A DNA stretch of 64,000 nt from Gekko japonicus. Its lineage: Eukaryota. The notes beneath the pieces were generated by a model. The model was not told the origin of the DNA and ran no database searches. It saw only the letters and a program-made list of their open reading frames with translations. This document shows positions 49,932 to 61,902 of this stretch, piece by piece. The position numbers were made by a program, and so were the translations under genes. The stretch spans positions 327,776 to 391,775 of the forward strand of contig NW_015172587.1 in NCBI RefSeq assembly GCF_001447785.1, in the 5' to 3' direction. Position 1 is the stretch's first letter. Each line of letters opens with the position of its first letter.

Positions 49932-50109
49932 GGGCTCTTTTTGTAGCAGGAACTCCTTTGCATATTAGGCAACACACCCCTAATGTAGCCAATCCTCCAA
50001 GAGCTTACAGAGCTCTTCTTACAGGGGCCACTGTAAGCTCTTGGAGGATTGGCTACATTAGGGGTGTGTCGCCTAATATGCAAAGGAGTTCCCGTTACAA
50101 AAAGAGCCC
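49932..50109. repeat. Near-perfect foldback MITE (about 79-bp arms, 20-nt loop)
   Basis: GGGCTCTTTTTGTA...GAGCTTACAG / CTGTAAGCTC...TACAAAAAGAGCCC; ORFs on both strands give the same peptide. Confidence 0.85.
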
Positions 50110-50287
50110 GATAATGTGACCTGTTCTGTTGTTGTTTTGTTTGGGCCTATTTTGCAGGTTAGCCCTCGGTATCATTCTGGCTTTGTTGATCTGTTTCCTT
50201 ATTACATCAGGTGGGTATTGTAATCCCAAAAATGTCTATTGTAGATCCTGCAGGTGAGAATCTCTTTCCGAGGGATTAGAACACATG

Positions 50288-51807
50288 GGGTGCATTCAGA
50301 CGGGGCGTTTCAGCCGGCATAAACTGTACCGGCTGGAACCGGTGCAGTTTATGCCGGCTGAAACACGATCACACTTACCTCCCTCACAGCGGAACCCATC
50401 GATGTATGCCCGTCCACATGCAGCGGGCGTCCGCTTTTAAAAAAAACAAACTCAGTTTGAGCATGCGCATAGGTAGCCATCCACAGGATGGCGATCTTTG
50501 CGCATGAGCAAAAAACCCCATCTTACATTTAAACTTTAAACTGGCCTCCCTGAAGTCCTGGACTCCTCCGGAAGGCTAAACTAAGGACTTTCCCTCTTTT
50601 TTTTAAAACAAACGCCACGGGGAAGACACAAAGGGGCAGCCCCAGACATGTGTGTGTGTGTGTGTGTGCTTCCGTCGGGCGGCTTCGTTCTTTGNNNNNN
50701 NNNNNNNNNNNNNNNNNNNNNNNNNNNNNNNNNNNNNNNNNNNNNNNNNNNNNNNNNNNNNNNNNNNNNNNNNNNNNNNNNNNNNNNNNNNNNNNNNNNN
50801 NNNNNNNNNNNNNNNNNNNNNNNNNNNNNNNNNNNNNNNNNNNNNNNNNNNNNNNNNNNNNNNNNNNNNNNNNNNNNNNNNNNNNNNNNNNNNNNNNNNN
50901 NNNNNNNNNNNNNNNNNNNNNNNNNNNNNNNNNNNNNNNNNNNNNNNNNNNNNNNNNNNNNNNNNNNNNNNNNNNNNNNNNNNNNNNNNNNNNNNNNNNN
51001 NNNNNNNNNNNNNNNNNNNNNNNNNNNNNNNNNNNNNNNNNNNNNNNNNNNNNNNNNNNNNNNNNNNNNNNNNNNNNNNNNNNNNNNNNNNNNNNNNNNN
51101 NNNNNNNNNNNNNNNNNNNNNNNNNNNNNNNNNNNNNNNNNNNNNNNNNNNNNNNNNNNNNNNNNNNNNNNNNNNNNNNNNNNNNNNNNNNNNNNNNNNN
51201 NNNNNNNNNNNNNNNNNNNNNNNNNNNNNNNNNNNNNNNNNNNNNNNNNNNNNNNNNNNNNNNNNNNNNNNNNNNNNNNNNNNNNNNNNNNNNNNNNNNN
51301 NNNNNNNNNNNNACCCCCGGGTAATTCCTGCCCCCCCCCGCCCCTTCCTATTCCCTTTCTTCTTCACGCCAGGCAGCTCTTTGGGCTGTGCGCAGCCGGT
51401 GCCACCAACGCCTTACCTTTAAACTTTAAAGAGCAAACTGGCCTCCTGTTAAAGAGCATACACTAAGGACCTTTTCTTTTTTTAAAAAAACAAACGCCCG
51501 GGGCGAAGCTTCACCCAAGCGCATATCACCTAGTTTTTTTTTAAAATGGCAGGGGAAAGCCGGAAGCCTCAGGCTTCCAACGGAAGTGGCTAGGCACCGG
51601 TGGAGAGCGATCAAACGCCGGGGTGCACCAATTACAACCGTTGCACTCAGTTTACCACCACTTGGGACCTAGTGGCAGAGTGCAACGGTGTAAAGAGCTT
51701 TACACCGGTTAGGGACAGGAGGCAGATGTGCCCCGTCTGAACGCCGGTGAGTACAACGATTGCAACCGGCACCCTAACCGATATAAAGCCCCCGTCTGAA
51801 CGCACCC
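50288..51807. mobile_element. TIR element (Harbinger-like) spanning an assembly gap
   Basis: GGGTGCATTCAGACGGGGC ... CCCCGTCTGAACGCACCC; internal direct repeat CTTTAAACTTTAAA..CTGGCCTCC..CTAAGGAC. Confidence 0.65.
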
Positions 51808-52200
51808 TCGGGGTTGTAGCATAGAGTTTGGCTGTACACAATGGATCATTTGGGTCCCCCTGCTTATGGCTCCTTGTCCCTTGAGCAAAATCCAGCCCTG
51901 TGTGTCCTCGAGGTTAAATGCACACAAATAAAGGAGACCTTTAAAAATATATATATAAAGGTTTATTAAAAGGTTAAAAAAGATTTCACTATGCAGTACA
52001 ATCGCTATAGTGCAAGCACACTTAACAACACTTAGAAAATAAAGAAGCTAACTGTTCTATCTAATACACTGAATACCTGGTATTAGATGCAAATCTTCTT
52101 GCAGCATGAAATCGTAGCAGTAGCATAAAAGCATTCTATACATTGTAGTCCATCATGGTGAAGCATAACATATCAAAGCATACTAGCAGAGCATGAGCAT

Positions 52201-52485
52201 AAAGAAGAAGAAGTGAAGAGATTGGATTTATACCCCACCCTTCACTACCCAAAGGTGTCTCAGAGCGGCTTACAAACTCCTTTCCCTTCCCCTCCCCTCC
52301 CCTACCCTGTGAGGTAGGTGGGGCTGAGAGAACTCTGACAGAAACTGCTCTTTTTCAAGAACAGCTCTTATCAGAATTATGGCTTGCCCAAGGTCATCCA
52401 GCCAGGTGCAAGTGGAGGAGTGGGGAATCAAACCCGGTTCTCCCAGATTAGAGTCTGCACACTTAACTACTACACCAAACTGGCA
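52201..52485 (-). mobile_element. Squamate tRNA-derived SINE (Squam3-like)
   Basis: On minus: CCAGTTTGGTGTAGTAGTTAAG..GGTTTGATTCCCCAC head and (TTC)n tail. Confidence 0.8.
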
Positions 52486-52735
52486 TAAAGTTAGCATGGC
52501 TTCTGTCTGGCCTATACATTTATTATAGCCTTTTGCCCTCTGGCAACAGGTGGTCTCTTGGATCTAATCAGGATCTCTTTTGATGAAACTTTCCAGAAGA
52601 TGTTAACATCTGCTCTTAATTCCACCTCCCATCTGGTTATACGACTGAGCACAGGTTCTCACGATTAACCAATTACCACATTCTTGAGTCTAGCCTTGAA
52701 AGAGATAAAGATGGTATCTGCAGGAAGGCCCAAAT

Positions 52736-53094
52736 TGTAATGTATTGAAAACGATTACATGAATCACCTCACTGAACTCCCATGTTAAGCTTAAAGCCAA
52801 GCCAGGGCTCCACTGAACAAACGTCCTATTGGTCGCTCTGTAACAGCGACCAATCAGAACTGCACTATTTCCCTGCGAGGGAAAGACTATCATTGGTCTT
52901 TATCCTAATAACCTTATTGGTTACTTTTGTAAATAGGCGTGGCTATGTTAGCCCGGGAATGTTTAAAAGGAGCCTAGCTCCCAATGTTAATCTGTTCTGG
53001 TTTTGAATACGTTTTGAGTGTTGTTCACTACTGCAATAAAGCTGAATCACTGAGCTGAAACCACTCTCCGAGTCTTTGTTAGTCCGATCTAATA
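52736..53094 (+). mobile_element. Solo LTR related to 19340-19717
   Basis: TG start, 5-bp TSD CAAAT, shared motifs TGAATCACC..CATGTTAAGCTT and AATAAAGCTGAATC..CACTCTCCGA; terminal CA mutated to TA. Confidence 0.8.
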
Positions 53095-53289
53095 CAAATC
53101 ACAAACACCTGCAAGCTGGACTAAGACCTCTAATAATCACTTTAACCCTTGAAGGAAATTAGGGTGATTTGCCTTACACATGTGAAGAAGTGAGCAGTGA
53201 CTCCAAAAGCTCATACCCTGCCACATATTTTGTTAGTCTTTAAGGTGCAACTGGACTCTTTCTCTTTTTTACTCACACATGTAGATATG

Positions 53290-53610
53290 TTTGGTGATCA
53301 GTAGGTTTCTGGTATAAGGTGATTTTTATGTTTCCATTATTTATTTGTAGAGTGGTCTCTAGAAAGTGTATTTTTTGCATGGACTGGTTAACGGTCATGT
53401 TGATGGTGTGGTGGAAGTTGCTGAAGGCTTGGTGAAATTACTCCAGTGCTTCTTTCCCATGTGTCCAAATGATGAAAATGTCATCAATAAATTTCAGTTA
53501 CAGGGGGGGGGGTGTGTTTGTTAATGGTTGTGAGCTAAGGAAGTGCTGCTCCAGGTTAGCCATGACAATGTTGGCATATTGTGGTGCCATGTGGGTGTCC
53601 ATGTGGGGGA
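53290..53610 (-). mobile_element. Penelope-like retroelement RT fragment
   Basis: Minus strand reads APQYANIVMANLEQHFL and FIDDIFIIWTHGKEAL; Penelope-type terminal remnant at about 53180-53270. Confidence 0.7.
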
Positions 53611-56600
53611 TGTTAGTGTATAGAGACTCAACATTCAGCCAAAACACTGTTATCAGATCGTAATTTTCTCAGGAAGTCTGTGGTATCTCACACATAACTG
53701 GAGGCTTTGCTGGTATAGGGTCTGCAAATGGTGTTCATCTATCCAGGCATCCCTACAGTGATGGGGCCTATGCCAGAGGGCAATTCTGCATCTAGCATTT
53801 GCTCCACATTTTCTCAACTCTGAGGAAAAGGTGCAGCTCAAAACCATATTCAAATGCCTGAGGGCAATGCCGTACTGACTGCAAAGTCACCCCTGAACAG
53901 CCATAAATCTATGCAGAAGGTACAATAAAACCCGATGATCAAAGGAAGTAAAAGCAGCATGCAATGCAGAGGGGAATTTCTGTTCCAACGTGGGTTTTGT
54001 AAAACAACGGAGGAAAAAGCCAGTGTAGAATCAACCAGAAACATTAGGACGTCCTGGGTTGTCAGGCTTCTGTATTTTGGTATGTGTATATATGTGTGTG
54101 TGTTTAGTAACTTTTTAAGATGCAATGATTTTTTTAAAAAAAATCAGTTCTAATATTGTTATTACAGACATTTGCCATCTAATTTATCTGGGGGCTGACA
54201 GATTCTACCCTTCACACAAGAGAGATTCTCTTTACCCATTTCACACTGATAGGACAACTGAGTATGCCACCTGGTGGTTGCTTAGCCCACTAGTTGGCAC
54301 AAATTCTCACTTTCATTTTTAAAAAGCAAAGTTGGCCTTCTAGATCTGAAGAACCTGAAGACAGGGGTCAAAATGTGCAGACAGCTTTCTGCCTAATTTG
54401 TGCTGTGGAAACAGGCCTGTTCCAATTTTCCATTGTTCTAGCCACTGAGGGAACATAAGAACATAAGAGAACCCAATGCTGGATCAGGCCAGTGGCACAT
54501 CTAGTCCAACACTCTGTCACACAGTGGCCAAAAATACTAGGTGCCATCAGGAGGTTCAGCAGTGGGGCCAGGACACTAGAAGGCCCCCCCCCCCAGGACC
54601 AAGTTAAGGCTGTGTGATTCTCAGGTATGAGAAACCAGAGAGAATGCTCTCTTTTCCTCTTTGTTAGTCAGAGCATGTCTTAGTTGAGGGCCTATAGCAG
54701 TAAAGGGGAAAATCAAAATGCCATTGCACTTGGTGAGAGGATTAATCTGGAGCTAAATTTGGACTATTGAAGCTATGAAGCTTGTCTTATGGTGAGTCAG
54801 TAAACAGGTTCTGTACAGGATTAGCCACCCAGGCCAGTCTACAGCAGTAAAGGGGAAAATCAAAATGCCATTGCACTTGGTGAGAGGATTAATCTGGAGC
54901 TAAATTTGGACTATTGAAGCTATGACGCTTGTTTTATGGTGAGTCAGTAAACAGGTTCTGTACAGGATTAGCCACCCAGGCCAGTCCAGGAATGAGAGGG
55001 AACCCTGTACTTTTACAGTACATTAAACAACAAACCACAAGATGGTCTATACCCTCTCTGGACAAAACCTTAGTTGGCATCTGGGACAGAACACCTTAGC
55101 AACTCACTTCAGAGATCCACACTCTTACCAAGGTAGCATATGGGGTGAGCGTTAGGCCACCGGATTTAGCCTTGGAATTCAGGTACAACATCAACATGTA
55201 ACGATATGAGCTTATGTTTGTATTTCTGTATAGTGGTGATGCTGCTTATGTGTGTCTCTAGCATGAATACCTATGTCCATGGTGGTAATCCAGGTAGCAC
55301 CAAGGGATTTTGAGTAGGAATCTCATCCTTGCACCCATGTGCTCCAGTTCACAAAGCAGCTCTTTGTCTTCCAAGAGACAGCATTTCCAGGTGCAATAAA
55401 CAGACAATGACAAGAAGGGAGAGCTAAGAGCAGAGCAAGAGCAAGAAGCTCATTCCCATAGGAATCAAAACAATTATACCCCAATTCCATTCATGATCAG
55501 CTGTGGCCATCAGCCAATCATGAGCGGACAGGGGATGTGCCCAATTGTTGGTTGTCATAGCTGCAGAATGGAAAGAGCAAGTGACCCTACTCCCTTAATC
55601 TGGTTTGGAGATCTAAAGACAATAGCGTTTATGGCTTTGGAGCAGGAACCAGATCTGCAAATCAAGAGGTGTCCATGGGAACGGAAGATTCACACCTTGC
55701 CAAAAGGCACCTTTGATGTAGGAGTAGGATCTGCATATTGCCACCACCCCNNNNNNNNNNNNNNNNNNNNNNNNNNNNNNNNNNNNNNNNNNNNNNNNNN
55801 NNNNNNNNNNNNNNNNNNNNNNNNNNNNNNNNNNNNNNNNNNNNNNNNNNNNNNNNNNNNNNNNNNNNNNNNNNNNNNNNNNNNNNNNNNNNNNNNNNNN
55901 NNNNNNNNNNNNNNNNNNNNNNNNNNNNNNNNNNNNNNNNNNNNNNNNNNNNNNNNNNNNNNNNNNNNNNNNNNNNNNNNNNNNNNNNNNNNNNNNNNNN
56001 NNNNNNNNNNNNNNNNNNNNNNNNNNNNNNNNNNNNNNNNNNNNNNNNNNNNNNNNNNNNNNNNNNNNNNNNNNNNNNNNNNNNNNNNNNNNNNNNNNNN
56101 NNNNNNNNNNNNNNNNNNNNNNNNNNNNNNNNNNNNNNNNNNNNNNNNNNNNNNNNNNNNNNNNNNNNNNNNNNNNNNNNNNNNNNNNNNNNNNNNNNNN
56201 NNNNNNNNNNNNNNNNNNNNNNNNNNNNNNNNNNNNNNNNNNNNNNNNNNNNNNNNNNNNNNNNNNNNNNNNNNNNNNNNNNNNNNNNNNNNNNNNNNNN
56301 NNNNNNNNNNNNNNNNNNNNNNNNNNNNNNNNNNNNNNNNNNNNNNNNNNNNNNNNNNNNNNNNNNNNNNNNNNNNNNNNNNNNNNNNNNNNNNNNNNNN
56401 NNNNNNNNNNNNNNNNNNNNNNNNNNNNNNNNNNNNNNNNNNNNNNNNNNNNNNNNNNNNNNNNNNNNNNNNNNNNNNNNNNNNNNNNNNNNNNNNNNNN
56501 NNNNNNNNNNNNNNNNNNNNNNNNNNNNNNNNNNNNNNNNNNNNNNNNNNNNNNNNNNNNNNNNNNNNNNNNNNNNNNNNNNNNNNNNNNNNNNNNNNNN

Positions 56601-59600
56601 NNNNNNNNNNNNNNNNNNNNNNNNNNNNNNNNNNNNNNNNNNNNNNNNNNNNNNNNNNNNNNNNNNNNNNNNNNNNNNNNNNNNNNGTCACTTTGTGCAT
56701 TTTTTTGAATGAAGGGTGATTTCACACTGGGTCTCTCTTGTCCAAATGTGACGCTCTTTCCACTCTACCACCCTGGCTCTTAAAAGGGGATTGTGCAAGT
56801 TCCTAGGAAAAGATCTTTCTATGTCTGTTACAGAAATGCTACACCACTGAATGTCAGATTACTAGGATCAAACAACAAAAATAGCTATTCCATTTCCGCT
56901 CTATTTCCAGAAAGATCTGACTGGTCACTGCTGCAAATATACTACCAGACCAGTAGTGTCCTTATTATACTGAATACAGGGGATTACCACTCAAAACAGT
57001 ATGACCAGCATCATTTTATGTATGCAGCAGCCAATTGTGAAAGCATCCTGTACATGGAACCATATTTTTGTGACTGCAAATATACTACCAGACCAGTAGT
57101 GTCCTTATTATACTGAATACAGGGGACTGCCACTCAAAACAGTATGCCCAGCAACATTTTATGTATGCAGCAGCCAATTGTGAAAAAGTCCTGTACATGG
57201 AACCATATTTTTTGTGGCCATAGATTGTTGTTCCTTCAGGGTCTTTCAATGGGAGAAAATATACTTTTCTAGCAAGGGTAAACAAATCTTCAAAAAGTAA
57301 AGAAGAGTACACAGATAAAATATATTTGATGAAAACAACTGCAATGGTGGCTTGATAGGGTCTGTGATTTTGTAATATTTTAGTATTGCTTTAAAAAAAT
57401 AATCTATATTTCTCTTTGGGAGGCCTGGTCATATGGTGTATAATGAATGAGTATAATACACCTAGGAGGAATCAGCATAATTTGGAGATCTGGATTTTGT
57501 CTTTACATACTAGTACAAACTAATAATGTGTGGAGATTATTTTAATGTGTCTGATGGTTTCTTCTAGTTTGACAGTTTTACCAGTTGACAGACAGCTGTT
57601 TCTGCAACCTGATCAGCAAATCATGGAGGGAACAGCCATATCTTGTTGTTTGACCCCAGAAACTGGCATACTGGTCATTAAAGTTCCTTCTAGCTATCAT
57701 TTATAATATCCCATAGCCTTCTGCTCCAGAATTTGTTTAATTATTGGAAAATTACAAATTCTTTTGGGTTGTCCGTTGCTTGTGAATGTGGCCTAATATG
57801 CTAATGAGCTGTGCTGTCAGGGGTGTGGCCTAATATGCTAGTGAGTTTCTGCTGTTGGGTGTGGCCTATTATGCTAGTGAGTTCCTGCTGGGCTTTTTTT
57901 TACAAAAAGAGCCCTGGCAAACCTTTCAGGTGCCTGAGGCCAGACCCTTCTTCTTCCCCTCAAAATGGTTTAAGGAAAAATAGCCTCTTATAAATTTCAA
58001 AGTTAATCCTTTATTCAGGTAACAGAAGTGATGCTTGGAGACATCAGTCCCACTCTTTCTTCCTTTCTCCAACTCCCTTTTAAGACTAAACCCAACTCTG
58101 CAGGAGAATAAGGAAAACAAAACAAAAAAGTCAGATCTAAACAGACCCTCAGGATTTTTGCATGGCTTCAAATAATCCGTGGATATGGATCAGATATATG
58201 AGCATTGTTTATGGGAAAATCTCAGAGAGAGCCATGTAGAAATCATGAGGGTGTAGGCCATGACTCCCTGTTTGTTGAATTAGGGGAAGGAATCTTTATG
58301 CCACAGATAAAATCTGAGCATTGTGTAGGTCTCGTACACCTGGCTTTTATCCAGACCCAAGGAAGCAGCCCTCTTGTGTTCTCAAAAGAGCTAGGAAATA
58401 TTTGAATGTATTTAGTTTATTTCTAACCCACCTTTCATCCAAGGAACTCAGGGCAGCTGACATTCTCCTCTCCTCCATTTTATCCTCACAACAAGCCTGT
58501 GAGAAACGATGACTGGCCCAAGGACACTCAGAGAGCTTTGTGGATGGAGACCTAACTACACATTACATTTTTCCTGGGGCCATCTCTGGGTCTGTTCAAT
58601 GGCCATGGTTGGGGCTTCCATGCTCAGAACTCAGCTTTCAGGCTTGTGGGGCTCTGAAATAGATCAGGCATGCATTGAGAGGGGCTTAAGCGTTTCCCCT
58701 CCTCTGTCCTCCTGACCTAAAATAGCCCCGGGGAGCCACTATTTGCCCTGCTGGGGAAACGTAACGTGTACTGATTGGCTACACGTGTTTTGTAAGGAGC
58801 ATACTTTCAAAGTTTTGGGGAGAAGTAACATGCATTTTGGTACAGTTGGGGGGGGGAGTGACAAAAGAAGAAAGAGAGAAATTCCGATGGCTGGGTACTC
58901 AAAATGGTGTGTGTAAATGGGGAACTGGAATTAAAGAAGAATAATTAAAATGCACCTAATTGTTTTGATGATATATTTATGATAATGAATATATTGATTC
59001 TATATTAGACACATTTTTTTTAAATCCCCGGAGGGATATTTTTTATTTTGCAGAACTACATGAACTACAAAGAAATAATAGGAAAGGGACTACATCTAAG
59101 GAGAAAGAAAAGCAAACCACACTAATTTAAAACCCCAAGAGGAGGAGATCTTTTCACTGTTAGTTAAAATGTTAGTATTATTAGAGTTAATATCACAATA
59201 TACTTGTAGAGTTCTTGCTTATAACAGTTCGCTATTTATATGTTATTTTATTAGTTGTTAAAACACATAGTCAATTTATTAGACACATTGATTTTAATAC
59301 TGGTTTTGCCTCACTCTTCCTCCAAGGAGCTGAGAGCAACATGTTGTCACTGGACATTAGTCAAGCAATGCAGCACTTTGTTTTTATTTTAACATCGAAA
59401 CCTCATGAAGAACTTGTTCTTCTCTCAAAGTTACTCTTCCAGCCTTTCAAATACTAGTTCTTCCTGGTAAAAAAAAATATTGCCTCACTCAGTACATTTC
59501 TGATTCGTTGGTGTGTGTGTGGGTGATATCATAGGGAACGCTATAGCAGGCAGTCACAAAAACAAGCAATTGGGGCAAGGAAATGCTTATTCAAGTCCAA

Positions 59601-59902
59601 AGAAAAACAGAATGGCTGGGAAGGTCCCATGCTGGCCAGTGTATGTAAATAGAGCCTCAGGCGGATAACAGCTGCAGTGGCCTGCCTCCCAGGAAAAGGG
59701 TGGACATATACAAAGAACATCTGCTCCTTTTTAACCTCTTGTTCCTCTGTATTTTGGACTGGAATTCATCTGTGCAGTCAGTGGCCCCTTCCTGGCCAAG
59801 GCAAAGTCTTGTTCCTGAACTGGAACCCTTGGGGTTAGTGGTGAGACATGAGTATTTCTTCATGTTCAACAGGCACATTGGGAATGCTCTGGAAAGCAAT
59901 AG

Positions 59903-60023
59903 CAGGGCTCTAGTCGGGGGGGAGCTCTCAGGTACGAAGCTCCGGAAGACATATGCAAATAAGTTATGCTAATGAGTTATGCTAATGAGCTCCGGCAGCT
60001 CTTTTTCTACAACAAGACCCCTG
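59903..60023 (+). mobile_element. Short hAT-type MITE
   Basis: CAGGG...CCCTG ends; perfect TSD AGCAATAG; same ATGCTAATGAG subterminal repeats. Confidence 0.8.
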
Positions 60024-61263
60024 AGCAATAGTATGTACCATGATGCAACTGATCCACTGGTTATATGTCAGTTTTGCTTGCAGTACTGACCATTTCTTCT
60101 TCAAGAGTCAAGATAGTGTTTATGAATGCTTTGGAATATTCCCAAGGGCTCTGGTTACAAGCAGCTCACGTCAAGACAACCTCCCAAGTGCTTTTCCCCC
60201 CTAGTTCCCACAAGCCGTTAGCTGTTCTTACCTTTCTTCCCTGCACCTGTAGTGGCTTTGCCTGCAGGCCATCAGTATCTCAACATCTTGAGCATGTTGC
60301 TCAGTAGATCATGTCCCAGGAAAAAACAGAAATACACAATGGATGTTTAAATCCCACAAATATCCAGCAAGGGGCTTGCCAAGCATCCCCTCTAGCTGCC
60401 ACTGGAAACTCAGCTGGGTGCCAAGAGAAAAGCCAAGGAGGGGGTCCTTGCTGGGAGAACTAGTCACAGAATGTGTGGTATGATCCCAACCCACCACCCA
60501 CTGGGTAGACCATGAAGCCCAACTGGGGCCTCCCAGTGACACCAGCTGTGCAGCCTCCCTACAGGGAAAGGGGTACTTAACCAGGCAGGAAATGACAAAT
60601 AACATGATAATTTCCTGCCTGCTCTTTCATCCTGCCTCATCTGAGATCATGGAGCCCAAAAAACAGAAGGAGGGAGAACACTGGCTAAATAGTCTGCCTC
60701 CCTCCTCTGAGCAAGAAAGGTATAGAGAGTCTTGCCATTCAGCATATTTTGGTAGCTGAGGTTTCAGATAACTCATATTTTTAATAGTGCAGGAGAAGGA
60801 CTAAAAAGCTATGGTAACAGGCAGGTCCTAAGTAGAGAGACCCTTTAATATGGATAGGGAATGTCAGAACTCGGTAGTTATTACTACTGTTGCTGCTATT
60901 ATTGCAGTCTGAGCCATCTTTCCACCTTAGTAATCTTTCCTCTAGTCTTTTGTTTCGTTAACATCTAAAGAAGTACTTTCAATGGGCACTTAATGGGCAC
61001 TAGAAGATATTTCTTTGATGTATTTCAATGGCTGGTGGTTACCTGGAAGATGTAGTCTTTGATGGGGGGGGTGCGTATGCACATGCATGCTATTTGCTTT
61101 TAAGGAGAAGGTACAGCTTCAGCAAGTAACAATATCAGGCCTGCTCATCCCATGCTCAACTATTATATTTGTAAACAACAAATGTGACAAAAGCATTTTA
61201 ATATTTTATCTATTTGGAGTATTTCTAAACCTGCCTTTGTATCTTGCCCAGATTATGTACAAA

Positions 61264-61593
61264 TAGGGTTGCCAAGTGAGAATTGAGCTGCAGTGGGGGA
61301 CTCCCGACTTGCGGCTGGAGCGTGCGCATGCGCACGCCACATCCACATCAACCAAAAGTGACGCGGGCACGCCGGGCACACTGGGGGCGGGGTCACGACC
61401 ACCCGAGAGAAAACCATAGAGTTTTCCCTCGGATGACCGTGGCCCCGCCCCCAGCGTGCCCGGCGTGGTCGCGTCACTTCCGGGTGACGTGCACGTCGGG
61501 GTGGAGTTCCCCCCAGGGCCCGATCCGCCAGTGGTGGGGAACGGGCCTCGGGGCAGGGGTTTCCCCGCCCCCTGGGGGAACTTGGCAAGCCTA
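61264..61593. mobile_element. CpG-rich hAT-type MITE (TIR TAGGGTTGCCA)
   Basis: TIRs TAGGGTTGCCAAG / CTTGGCAAGCCTA; perfect TSD TGTACAAA. Confidence 0.88.
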
Positions 61594-61624
61594 TGTACAA
61601 AGCTATAATAATCTCTATGTATGT

Positions 61625-61902
61625 CTTTTCCTGCTGCCTTCAACTCTTCCTAGCATTATTGTCTTTTCCAGTGACTCTTATCTTCTCGTAATGTGACCAA
61701 AGTATGATAGCCTCAGTTTAGTCATTTTAGCTTCTAGACAGAGTTCAGGCTTGATGTGATCTAGAACCCATGTCTTTGGCTTTTCAGCAGTCTACAGTAT
61801 CCGTAAAACATTTCAAATGAATCATTTTTCTTCTTGTCAGCTTTCTTCATTGTCCAACTTTCACACCCATACATAGTAATGGGGAATACTATGGCATGAA
61901 TT
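61625..61902 (-). mobile_element. RTE/BovB-like LINE fragment
   Basis: LIHAIVFPITMYGCESWTMKKADKKKNDSFEM. Confidence 0.8.

Noticed and set aside
54625-54645. Short match to the U5 snRNA 5' end on the minus strand
   Set aside because: Only about 13 nt match; no loop I or Sm site.
27478-56725. Long ORFs full of X (27478-28182, 50603-51466, 55493-56725)
   Set aside because: Artefacts of N-gaps.
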